Shown: positions 19,301 through 27,524 of the stretch, one piece after another | How positions within the stretch are numbered: the stretch's first letter is position 1 | How the letters are laid out: every line of letters starts with the position of its first letter | Source of the DNA: Clostridia bacterium | GTDB lineage: Bacteria; Bacillota; Clostridia; Christensenellales; UBA1242 | NCBI GenBank assembly: GCA_045639255.1 | Contig: JAZUCT010000007.1 | Span: 1-60,440 of the forward strand | Reading direction: 5' to 3' | DNA: 60,440 bases | Translations under genes and position numbers: made by a program | The notes under the pieces: generated by a model | Told to the model about the DNA's origin: nothing | The model's database searches: none | The model's input: only the letters and a program-made list of their open reading frames with translations

Positions 19301-22300
19301 ATTCCAGCAAATCAATTTCACTTGCTGGTTCGTTTTCTGTGTTACCAAAATCTTCCGATTCTTCTGGGGAATTACCATTAATTCTTAAATAATAACTTGC
19401 ATAAACATTGTTGTTTGCAAGCACTTCGGTTGTTGATGTGCCTGTGAATGGTGTGTGTGCATTGTTGTTATATTCAATTGCACTTAGTGTGAAGCACGAT
19501 TCAATTGAACTTCCACTTGTGCTGTTATCATAAACAAATCCGCTTGCCCTTGCATTTGTTGAAACTTTTATGTTTGCATAGCAATTTGAAATGAAACCTT
19601 TGTTTAAATAAATGAATGCACCAATGTTTCCGTTTGAAGTTATTCCGCTTGCTGTTGCACGAACTTGTGTTGGTGTGTTTTCTTTAACTTTTTTATTTGC
19701 ATCATAATCGCTATCTTCAAATTGTTTGAATGTGCCTTCAACATAAGAATAAGCAATTTTTGCACTTGCACCATTTTCGCCAACAAATCCAGAGGTGGTG
19801 TTTTTAGATGAACTTTGTGCACCTTTATTGATTATTTCAATGCCTTTAACATAACTGCTTGCAATTATGCCTTGGTTGCTTGCAACAAGACCTGCAACAT
19901 TGCCATTTCCAACAAGTTTTGAACGGCATTCGGTTAATGCGGTTTTAACAAAATGTGGTTTATATGTGTTTTCAAGGCCTGTGCTATCAGCTGAACCTGT
20001 TATTTGTTTTGTTGGAATGTTAACAACTATGTTAAGTGGTTGTTCAACCTTGCTGTTTGTTATGTAACCATTGTTAACACCAACAAGTCCACCAATATTA
20101 TTAACTAAATCGCCAGCCAAACTTTCGTTTGTGGTGAATTCAAGCGAGAAAGTTGGTTTGCTTGCTTCAATAAATGTTTTGGTTGCTTCGTTATAAACTT
20201 TACCATAAGTTGCACCACTTACAGCATAATATTTTCGACCTAAAACATTTTCAACAAGTTTAACTTGAACATCTTCAAAACTTACTGTGCAGTTTGTTAT
20301 AACACCATTGTTGATTGCAGCAATTGTGCCATAGTTAACACTGCGATAAGTGTTTGATAAATCAAAGTTATTTTGGTTGTTAATAACAACTTTAACATTT
20401 TTTATGGTTGATTGTTTGCTTACTTCTTCAAATAAGCCAAGATTTAATGTGTCGGAAAGAGTTGAATTTTCGTTGTTTAAATCTATGCCATAATTTTTAA
20501 TGTTAATGTTAAATCCGTTACCATCGAAACTTGCAACTTTTGTTGAAATTGGCAAATAATTTTCAAGTTCTATATCATTCATAAGAATATAGTGTTGATT
20601 TTCTGCCATTGTTTCAAAATCTTCTTGACTATATATTGGAGCAGGAAGATTTGGGTCAGTATAAATTCCAATGTTAGTTGTGAATTGTGCTGACGCAGTG
20701 AAAGTTGTTTGTCCACTAGGTTCAGATTGTTTTACAAGGGTTAACTTACCATTGTTATAGTAATATTCAAATCGGCAAGCAATTGTTTGATTTGAAAGTG
20801 TGTTTTTTGCCCTTAAATAATGCTTACCATTATCGTCTGTTACAACTTCAATTGAGTTTGATAGATTTTGCGATAAATAATTAATAGGCTTATATTCTGT
20901 TGTTTTGCCTGATTCTTCAACAACAAACCAATATCTTGCAAGAATATCTCTTTTCACTGTAAGTTTATTATCGTTAAGTTCAACTTTTGATTTTGTTAAT
21001 TCGTTGATTATATCTTCAAAACCTGAACCAATCCAGTTTTCATCATAAATAAGCAGTTGTTGATCTTCTTTACCTACTTGAATATCCAAAATTTTATCGA
21101 TTGCAACGGTTGAATCTTTTGCAAGAACTAGGTTTGGAATAACAATATCTACAACAAGATAATTTAAGCATATTGTTTGTTCAACATTTGTTCCGTTTCC
21201 AAGCGGAATGTTAATTGATGCTTCAATTGTGCCAGTGTCACCCACTGAAAGCCCTTCTGTGCTTAATGTATATGGGTTGTTTCCGCCATGGCCTAAGTTA
21301 CCCCATTTAATTGTTGGTTCGCCATTAAAACCAATTGTTTTAATTATTAATTCGCCACCACAATTTTGTTTACCTGCTGGCAAATAAATTGTTGGTGCAT
21401 TGGTTTTGTCATTATCATTTTTGATTTCAATTGCAGATGCTGTTCTTACATCTGATCCGCCATTTTCGAATGCGTAAGTGTAAGTCATTTCAATTGAAAG
21501 TGAATGAACTGCTTTTAAAGTTATAACTTTTTGAATTGTTATGTTTTCAAGGGTTGTAACTGTTATTGTTAGTTCATACTTACTGTTTTCGCTAACACCC
21601 GATTTAATAAGTGTTTTTAAATAGATTTTGCCATCGAATAAATATTTAATGTTATCGTGGTTGAAAATTGTTCCAATATTATCGTTTTCAATGCCTGTTG
21701 TTTTTGAAATTGGAAGTGCTTTAATTCCATCGGTTATAAAGTCTGCCCTTGGGAATAAACTTTTATATGAATAGTTAAAGCCATCTTTTGTTTCATTTTC
21801 TTTAACATTGCCTGTGCGAATAACTTGTTCAAATGTTACATTATCTTCACTTGAACCAGTGTTAACAACAGTTATATCTTTAATGTTTGCATAGAATGGA
21901 TAAACATCAATTTCAAGCACGCTGGTGTTACCAGGTGTGATTGAGTTAGAGTTATCTGGATTAATATAAGTTAAGGTTGAAGAACTATCTTTTATGCCGT
22001 TATAGTTATTTGCATAAATGCTTTCAACTTTTTGTGCTTTAACAATAAAGTTAAATGTGAAGTTTGTGAAAATTTTGTTATTATTTTCAATTCTATAAAT
22101 TGTGCTATCAGTAAACACAATTTCAAAAGATGTATCTTCTGTGAACACTTGATAAGTGTTATTAAGTTTTGCTATGAATTTAACTGCAATTATGTTTTCT
22201 GCATATTCATATGGTGTTCCTGCAATAACTTGAAGTTGAGAGTTGTTATATGCATAAGTTAAATTTTCAAATGCACTTATATCTTCAACAGCAAATTCGT

Positions 22301-25300
22301 TAACTTCAACATCGGTGTTAACATAAACTGTGAATTCAACGGTGTCGATTTGTGAAACTTCCAGATTGTTATGGCTAAATGTTACATCTGTTGCACCTTC
22401 GGTAACAGAAACTGGAATGCTTATTTGTTGAAGTGAAGTTGTAACATTTTCGCCTTCAACTTTAAGGCTTGGTGTGAATGTGATTTTAACATCTTCGGTT
22501 GTTTTTTCAAGTGCTGAAACAACAATTGAACTGTTAAGGGTGTAACTATAAATATTTTTATCTAAATCAACATAAGATTTATCACTATCTTCTATGATTG
22601 CCTCTATTGAAATGCCGTTTGCAACTTTGCATTCAATTTCGCTAATAGCAAGTTTATAACTCATAACTGGAGTTAAAAGTGAATTTTGAGCCTTTCTTAA
22701 AACTAACTTTGAAGGTTCTTGGTTATTAGAGTTAATATAACTTATTTTGTTTGCAATTGGGTAACTTGAAATAACTTCAATTGTTTTTGGTTCGCAACTG
22801 TTAAAAATTGAACTTATTGTTAAAATTGCCTTACCCAATCCAACAACATGAAGTTTTCCTTGATTATCCAATGAAATAACATTTGAATTTGAAGTTTGAA
22901 CTATGAATTTTTGTGTTGCTTCTGCTGGAACACAACTAACTTTAATTAAATCTGCAATTTTATGTGTGTTTTTTGAATATATTGTTTCAGAATTTAGGTT
23001 TGATGCATTTAGTTCTTCAAAGAATGGAAGAAGAAGTTTTGTTTCTTCAAGTTTTGTTGGTTGATCTGCAAAAGTTTCGTTTTCAACTGAAACACTTGCT
23101 GTGATTGAAGTTGGAACAGTGTTAACTGTGTCGGCAATAACAAATTTTGTTGTTTCTTTATCAACAACTTGAACATAAACTGAACAAGTTGAAGTTGATG
23201 TTTGTGAATTTGTTAATCCAATTTTGTTATAGCCATCTTTATTAAAAACAAGAATATCGCCATAATAACCAGTTCCGCCTAAATTATCGGTTTCATAGTT
23301 TGAAATGCCGTTTGTGTAATTTTCAATTGTTCTTAATGAATAATATGAAAGAACATAGCAGTTTTCAATTTTTTCTTCATCATCGGCAACGCCAACAATT
23401 CCTCCAACTTTGTTATAGCCAACAATTGCTGTGTGATTAATTGTTTTGCCAACATAGTTGAATGCTTGCAAACTGCAATTTGAAATTGTGCCAGTTTTTG
23501 TTGTGCCACTTTCATCGATGATTGTTGTGTTATGTGCAACGATTCCGCCAATATGACTTCCGCCAACAGAATAAACATTGCCTTGGTTAACACAATTTGA
23601 AACTGCGCCAGAGTTTTGGCCAGCAATTCCGCCAAGTTTTGAATAACCTTTAAGAACTCCGCCATAAGCCATGTTTTGAATTGTGCCACTGTTTGTGCCT
23701 GCAACACCACCGAAGTTTACAGCGGTTAAATCTTCGTTTTCGTTAATTTTTATGTTTGCATTGGCAGTTGTTATGTTAAGCATAACATCAACATCGCTGA
23801 AATTATAACTTGAAACAAATTCGGTTGAGTTTGAACCTGTTTGTTTTGATTCAGTGCCTGAAATTGTGCCAGAGTTTTCGCCAGCAATTCCGCCAAAAGC
23901 AATGTTTGCAATGCTTGTTGTATAGCCCAATGTTACATTGCCTGAAACTTTGCAGTTTTCAATGTTGCCACCATTAATTCCTGAAATTCCACCAAACTTA
24001 ACATGGCCTGCAAGTGAATTTTTCGGATTTGGATTTGATTCACTGTTATGTTGGAATTCAATGTTGTTAACAAACACATTGCAGTTTGAAATTGTGCCTG
24101 TTGTGTTAATTGCAGAAATTGTGCCAATATAAACTTTACTTTGTGAGCCAAGTTGGAAGTTTGAAAGCGAAATTTTGTTAACATAAACTGTTAAATTTTT
24201 TATTTCTGCTGTTTGATTTAGTTTAATATCTTTATTAAGATTTCCAAACAAGCCAACATGAACACCTTGGTATGCAACACCTTCCAAATTTACATTTGAA
24301 ATGTTGAAATAATTATTGTTTCCATTTTTATCTTTAAGGCAACCATCAATTGAACCTGTGAATGGCTTAATTTCATATTGATTTGTTTCAACTGAATAAA
24401 CATAACCAATTGGATAAATTGAACCAACACCTGCAAGGTCGATGTTGTTATGAAGTTCATAGTGAAGTGAAAGACCTTTTATTGTGTTAATTGAAACAAA
24501 ATCTGCTGGTGTTTCAATTCTTATTTTGTTTGTTTTTGTTCCATCGGCAACTTGAACATAAATAATTTTTGTTAAACTTTGGTCGTAAAAATATTCTGTT
24601 CCGTTATAAGTTATTTTTGGTTTGCCTTCGATTGGTTCAGATAAGCAATCGGCAGGAATAACATATATTTTTGCAAAACCTGCTGTGTTTGCAAACACTC
24701 TGCCGTCGTTTGCAACAAGAACAACTGGTTTTTCAGCATTAACAATTTCAGAATCTGTTTCGTTATTCCAATTTTTAACAACATAAACAACATTCGAGTT
24801 TGTTACATTTGCTGGTGAAATGCGTGGTGTAAGTTTAAAGAAATTATCTTTTCCATCGCTTAATTCGGCTTCTGGAACGCTGTTAGAGTCTGCCAAACCT
24901 TTTGTTGCATTAAAATATAAATCATAGTTAGCAACTGCGGGATTTAAATATTCTTTAATGTTTGTAATTTCAAGGTTGTTAATTTGAACACATTTTTGAA
25001 CAGTTATTGTGCAACTTTGTGTGTAAGACCTTGCATATTGTTTTGCGGTTGCTGTTACTGTTATTGTTGCACTTTCCATTGTGCCATTTAAGAACACACT
25101 TACTTTTGTTTTGTTTGAATTTAAACTTGTGCTATCAAGTTTTATTCTGTGCCCTTGAAGTTCATAGCCGTTTTCGGTTAATTCAGCACCCGGAACACTC
25201 CAAGTTATATCATCGCCGGCATTAAATGTTGCATTAATTGGGCTAAGCCTTAACTCCAAAATGGTTTCGCCTGAACTTCTGTCAAGCGCACTTAGGGTGT

Positions 25301-27395
25301 TTGAATCAAGCAATGTTAAACTGTTATGGTTAAGTTGAACTTGTGTTAGTGGAACATAACTTTTTGCTTTAAATTCAAGCCTGTCAGTTTTGCGTTCGCC
25401 ATTTTCATTATAAGAATCGATATAAAGTGTTAAAGTTGCAAAAGTTTCGGCTTTTCTGCCTGTGATATAAAGTTTGTTAAACACTGCAACTGATAATGGG
25501 TCTGATGATGTTATGTATGCATTAAGAATTGTTGCATCAACTGGAATTTTCTTTTCTTCATCGGCAAAATATGAAATGTTAATTTTAAGTGATGAAGAAA
25601 GTGCAAACACCAATTTTTCAACACTGCTGTTTGAATTTGCACCATCAACAAATGTTTGTTCACCTATATCGCTGTTTGGCATTTCAAAATTTGCAGTGAA
25701 TGTTTTGTATGGTTGATAAACAATAACTTCAATTTCAAGTGAAATTCCGTTATTTGAATTGAAAATTATTTTTGTGTTTCCACAAGTGTTTGCAGTTATT
25801 TCAAATTCTGCTGGTTTTTCTGCGTTTCGTTGTGCACTTATGTAACTTGCACCAGTTACGCCAAAATCAAGTTTAATATTTTCTTCTGTTACTTCAATAA
25901 CTTCGTTGCTTGAACCTGTTGCTTTAACAGTAAGTGTTGCAATATTTCCTTTTATAATTTTTAAACTTGAAATGTTTTGTTCATCTTTTAAAACTGAAAG
26001 GTCTGAGATGCCTTTAACCAGCCTTACTTTAACCGCTTGTTTAACTTCGTTATTAAAATCTGAAACAATTTCAATTTCGAATTCAATTATTTCAGTTAAT
26101 TCAAAATCTTTGTTAACTTTAAAGAATAAATTAACTGTGTTTGATAAGTTTGTTAAATCTGAAACTGAACTTTCATCAGAATAAACAATATCAAGTTTAG
26201 ATAAATAGTTTCCTGTTCCAACCTCCCTTATTGAGAAAGTTGAATCGTTAACATCTGTTGGGGTTGGTGTAAGAACTGTTGTAAGTTGTGTTCCAAGAAT
26301 ACCAGTTGCATACACATCATAAATTGTTAAAACATCGGTTTCTTTAATAACAGTGCTTGCACCTGTTGAATAATCTTTTGTTATTAAATTAATTCCAGTT
26401 GGAACATTTTTAACTTTTACTGCCAATTCAAAAGTGTAAGATGCAAACTGCATATCGAAGCCAGTTACATATGCTGTTACAACAAGCTTTGTTTCGCCAA
26501 TTGTGTTTGCAACAATTGTGAATTCGTTAATGTTTGAAGTTGCAACTGGATTTGAAACTATGTTTAAGTTTTGTGATTCAACATGGAATGAATAATAACT
26601 TTCTTCCATTCCTAATTTGTTTTCAAATTTAAGTGCTACTTTTGTTTGAATGTTTGGTGCAATAACAAGTTCTTCAATTTCTTTGCCATCGGCATTAACA
26701 TTAACTTGTTCCCTTAAATTAATTGCACGAACAACGCTTACAGCAAAATTAACTGTTATGTTTTGCTTAGCATTGTTTGTTGCAATAAGGAAAATTTTGT
26801 TTTGTTCTGGCATGGTTTCGCCAACAATAAGTTCGCCATTTTCAATAAAAATTCCATTGGAATTATAGTTGGTTTTAAATTCTTCGGGGAAATCATATGT
26901 AAATTCATCTTCGGTGGTGTTTTCTGGCACCATATTAATTGCAAGCCCTGTGTTAATTTTTAATCTGCCATTTATGCTTACTGCTGGATTATATTCTTCA
27001 TTATATGATGCAGATTGAATTGCACGAACAAGGTGAACTGTTACATTTGCTGTTTTTCCACCTTCTTGGGTTGCAACTGTTACAACTGCTTGATTACCTG
27101 TGCCATTTGGGTTTGCAATAACCTTGCATTCTGTGGTGTTGTTAACTTGTTCTTGCGGAACAAGTGTTATGTTTGTTGATTGGGTTGAAAAAATAACAGC
27201 AGTTGAAACGCCTTTGCCTGCACCTGTTACAGTTGCTGAAATGTTTTTAAAGCTTTCTTCGCCTTCAACAACTTCAATTGTTATTTCATTGCTTTCCAAT
27301 TCAAGTTTTAAGTTTTTATATTTGTTTGTGCAACCAAACATAAAAAGCGAACAAACGCTTAAAACTATTGTTAATATGTAGGCAATTTTTTTCAT
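13389..27395 (-). CDS. giant surface lipoprotein 1 (about 4,668 aa): Ig-like repeats, four GLUG-motif modules, BspA-type LRR block, unrecognised C-terminal domain
   Basis: Uninterrupted 14-kb ORF. ATG at 27395 has a GGGGA RBS (the ORF-track GTG at 27419 is less likely). Signal peptide with lipobox LFMFGC. Big_2-like stretches. Dense GG[IVL][AVG]G..NC repeats. LRR_5-like repeats at roughly 14270-15330. Confidence 0.85.
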   Translation of the reverse strand: MKKIAYILTIVLSVCSLFMFGCTNKYKNLKLELESNEITIEVVEGEESFKNISATVTGAGKGVSTAVIFSTQSTNITLVPQEQVNNTTECKVIANPNGTGNQAVVTVATQEGGKTANVTVHLVRAIQSASYNEEYNPAVSINGRLKINTGLAINMVPENTTEDEFTYDFPEEFKTNYNSNGIFIENGELIVGETMPEQNKIFLIATNNAKQNITVNFAVSVVRAINLREQVNVNADGKEIEELVIAPNIQTKVALKFENKLGMEESYYSFHVESQNLNIVSNPVATSNINEFTIVANTIGETKLVVTAYVTGFDMQFASYTFELAVKVKNVPTGINLITKDYSTGASTVIKETDVLTIYDVYATGILGTQLTTVLTPTPTDVNDSTFSIREVGTGNYLSKLDIVYSDESSVSDLTNLSNTVNLFFKVNKDFELTEIIEFEIEIVSDFNNEVKQAVKVRLVKGISDLSVLKDEQNISSLKIIKGNIATLTVKATGSSNEVIEVTEENIKLDFGVTGASYISAQRNAEKPAEFEITANTCGNTKIIFNSNNGISLEIEVIVYQPYKTFTANFEMPNSDIGEQTFVDGANSNSSVEKLVFALSSSLKINISYFADEEKKIPVDATILNAYITSSDPLSVAVFNKLYITGRKAETFATLTLYIDSYNENGERKTDRLEFKAKSYVPLTQVQLNHNSLTLLDSNTLSALDRSSGETILELRLSPINATFNAGDDITWSVPGAELTENGYELQGHRIKLDSTSLNSNKTKVSVFLNGTMESATITVTATAKQYARSYTQSCTITVQKCVQINNLEITNIKEYLNPAVANYDLYFNATKGLADSNSVPEAELSDGKDNFFKLTPRISPANVTNSNVVYVVKNWNNETDSEIVNAEKPVVLVANDGRVFANTAGFAKIYVIPADCLSEPIEGKPKITYNGTEYFYDQSLTKIIYVQVADGTKTNKIRIETPADFVSINTIKGLSLHYELHNNIDLAGVGSIYPIGYVYSVETNQYEIKPFTGSIDGCLKDKNGNNNYFNISNVNLEGVAYQGVHVGLFGNLNKDIKLNQTAEIKNLTVYVNKISLSNFQLGSQSKVYIGTISAINTTGTISNCNVFVNNIEFQHNSESNPNPKNSLAGHVKFGGISGINGGNIENCKVSGNVTLGYTTSIANIAFGGIAGENSGTISGTESKQTGSNSTEFVSSYNFSDVDVMLNITTANANIKINENEDLTAVNFGGVAGTNSGTIQNMAYGGVLKGYSKLGGIAGQNSGAVSNCVNQGNVYSVGGSHIGGIVAHNTTIIDESGTTKTGTISNCSLQAFNYVGKTINHTAIVGYNKVGGIVGVADDEEKIENCYVLSYYSLRTIENYTNGISNYETDNLGGTGYYGDILVFNKDGYNKIGLTNSQTSTSTCSVYVQVVDKETTKFVIADTVNTVPTSITASVSVENETFADQPTKLEETKLLLPFFEELNASNLNSETIYSKNTHKIADLIKVSCVPAEATQKFIVQTSNSNVISLDNQGKLHVVGLGKAILTISSIFNSCEPKTIEVISSYPIANKISYINSNNQEPSKLVLRKAQNSLLTPVMSYKLAISEIECKVANGISIEAIIEDSDKSYVDLDKNIYSYTLNSSIVVSALEKTTEDVKITFTPSLKVEGENVTTSLQQISIPVSVTEGATDVTFSHNNLEVSQIDTVEFTVYVNTDVEVNEFAVEDISAFENLTYAYNNSQLQVIAGTPYEYAENIIAVKFIAKLNNTYQVFTEDTSFEIVFTDSTIYRIENNNKIFTNFTFNFIVKAQKVESIYANNYNGIKDSSSTLTYINPDNSNSITPGNTSVLEIDVYPFYANIKDITVVNTGSSEDNVTFEQVIRTGNVKENETKDGFNYSYKSLFPRADFITDGIKALPISKTTGIENDNIGTIFNHDNIKYLFDGKIYLKTLIKSGVSENSKYELTITVTTLENITIQKVITLKAVHSLSIEMTYTYAFENGGSDVRTASAIEIKNDNDKTNAPTIYLPAGKQNCGGELIIKTIGFNGEPTIKWGNLGHGGNNPYTLSTEGLSVGDTGTIEASINIPLGNGTNVEQTICLNYLVVDIVIPNLVLAKDSTVAIDKILDIQVGKEDQQLLIYDENWIGSGFEDIINELTKSKVELNDNKLTVKRDILARYWFVVEESGKTTEYKPINYLSQNLSNSIEVVTDDNGKHYLRAKNTLSNQTIACRFEYYYNNGKLTLVKQSEPSGQTTFTASAQFTTNIGIYTDPNLPAPIYSQEDFETMAENQHYILMNDIELENYLPISTKVASFDGNGFNINIKNYGIDLNNENSTLSDTLNLGLFEEVSKQSTIKNVKVVINNQNNFDLSNTYRSVNYGTIAAINNGVITNCTVSFEDVQVKLVENVLGRKYYAVSGATYGKVYNEATKTFIEASKPTFSLEFTTNESLAGDLVNNIGGLVGVNNGYITNSKVEQPLNIVVNIPTKQITGSADSTGLENTYKPHFVKTALTECRSKLVGNGNVAGLVASNQGIIASSYVKGIEIINKGAQSSSKNTTSGFVGENGASAKIAYSYVEGTFKQFEDSDYDANKKVKENTPTQVRATASGITSNGNIGAFIYLNKGFISNCYANIKVSTNARASGFVYDNSTSGSSIESCFTLSAIEYNNNAHTPFTGTSTTEVLANNNVYASYYLRINGNSPEESEDFGNTENEPASEIDLLELQSKGTFNTYSFVNSDKNFDLDENKYIWKMASPNTNVNDGSMHEYPQLITANQITVSMRKVYIEKTDIAGETVVGGSVVSGYPQRGGTTEIPNYSGTSDMLTINNPYIIATQQDYVNVIKNTTTHETQHADGTYDTSSRKVLNAILRFVCDIEFDNTLVNSPSASVIFKGALDGNGMTISNIRVNTNNLVKGQNSLGFFSELNGNPDNQFKGSVLRTTYGATIKNLNFEFTEVYGNNIAIVGGVAGKVENGFLLNVSVSGKNVVAVGKNITGGVFGIMLGGSRAVNLDSSISVSSEFRNNQIVEDGYTLYSATYSTKNIPDHPDTEAKYFIANITDLNKLSYAGGVGGIVDVYGTDSSNINSQTDIDDVQVTGTASVLAENVGGIFGLVGAKTKVSSAYNLVSSRENSLYATKVAGGLVGELRGTLERSKIEHSQQKLVEQTELGRISNTANTTYFKGTNQAIGGIVGFLNHGEIKNCYSKIDVRNQTSKFAGGAVGRLLNGSVSTTYASGSVLAEVVGGFIGHVANKDSLIKEGALFENQSENEEFEPLFTSDDNIRIVQNCVAVNNWLFADYEQAILMGNAFNTFIGAVTKGSTSTTYVENYATSIMFGNSFSTSTTQTDNNGKMFNYNSDSNGDTINYCLNINGNFVNGEDFSVIDGVVSGNFDWVDIKLCHPAKMVKTDEALGVEDNSSKNKIYDKFSKVLWTGHTDNSLRYIELTSRTELFRIPVSSWNEIENAINNRSDAHIFLEKDIVVQGIIEQPFTGTVEGNGFAFVFTNDTSYGSEYDYSKSTLHVAQVKVGSQSIAEDDKVEQHCFGVFAMSNGAWFDKVNVRIEKEINVEENIQSLTTKNNELNTAYIGLLVAYATDGTAFSNCFIYSTDEDYKLNVKANNTKLTNIHAGGLVGYLESSTILTDNSIDVAPSKSSKTTLSTVEIPVLTNGVHIAVETFGAQVNLGGIVGATGRVTGGAFAKIVNLLVSNTAIVEINDSCSDKTTGALKAQNNIGGLVGNAVNLTLSNIDFYGKLDNGGAQTYDFDNTEIKYNNIGVLLGQSDNSSVQLGDISILSKSEPKITGKNNAYFEVNNFIGNGKCKFLDNDIKVDVEIKYNYQSGGYFKSADDLLDIQNKFKTVSHEQLAEEFVTNTFSPLVVSVRDNTDQVIAVDLDPTIEYANKEHWPTLQNTEFIYGGNSDEKGLVSKEYGKEVSLKTYYASDFIGSFAIGTYTAKSTTITAMNNSYEDRPVLIPEYVGDNEINSVNGGVTEYTEHNGVYGVFKDIYISGFVSKNEKYLTHNFDALYNNNEDNSQDYSTLYMFANNSKTLNYAIHNNCTQIKAYAFNSAKVVQKVTNLNKITEIKRYTFAGAESLQAVLGLTNVQTIGTGAFKGNTSVACVTDDTAITNGAVSLPKTTTIGISAFDGCIGITTLYAPAVTIIREKAFQGCANLTSLIKNTVNGVAYNSLTTLSNLGPNAFTNTALNNVYFPVLTYVGNGAFSNMNNLNEVVIGARLLTKEDEIIEYKYTDRLRFTSNIDADTAIKIGKGLFTGTNNLEYLTMPLSTYEENGAENENFAYTFYDVFKSEEPKKYSATVNCSPDSNSYDRINFSLDIKLSSYWTPSTKTLNLYITGVVVPDKACLGMENVNINICGGVKVIGKYSLSASIKNAIFIPSTVEYLSEGMAYMIPGNYTICKEAGRFTACEVNGLSVRSHISINKNMYEIYKIKTITSAKNLTTISERYGGFLALTYVNPTWTNKNASTYYCETGTMVLNGIYSILNNSVYAYYDPVNFTNNSPITTQVFEKDNSGQTNMHLGFVDNYPFADFGYSSMVTSNELVLVDNGGSIKKENALKALFGTLKSGYSYEIHSNGDLTQNNTYNCTVSDNTYCETITFETKGYTVQYTSMPSKFDCVDVVTNYYQSKYPEKSTVSYTTSIKEGTTEDIHTFNFTIEIKDDSGKVVKTDKITAQVSVTVLNAG

Positions 27396-27455
27396 AACTT
27401 TTCCCCTAAAATTCGGCACTTTAAGTTAGTATGTGCCACATTTTCTTTATTATAT

Positions 27456-27484
27456 ATAATATAATAAAAAATTCTTTCAGTCAA
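27456..27484 (-). promoter_or_regulatory. promoter candidate for giant gene 1 (TTGACT-17-TATTAT)
   Basis: Read on the minus strand, about 60 nt upstream of ATG 27395 and downstream of the giant-2 terminator. Confidence 0.35.
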
Positions 27485-27496
27485 TTAAATGCAAAC

Positions 27497-27522
27497 AAAA
27501 ACAAGGCAATCGCCTTGTTTTT
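27497..27522 (-). terminator. rho-independent terminator after giant gene 2
   Basis: AAAAACAAGGC-AATC-GCCTTGTTTTT, 3 nt beyond the stop at 27525. Confidence 0.65.
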
Positions 27523-27524
27523 GA

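Noticed and set aside
13427-27381. About 30 ORFs of 60-125 aa on both strands inside giant gene 1 (for example 23333-23710 and 14872-15180).
   Set aside because: All are nested in or antisense to an uninterrupted 14-kb reading frame. They have low-complexity translations, and I found no RBS or promoter in the ones I checked. These are the frame artefacts expected in a long AT-rich repetitive gene.
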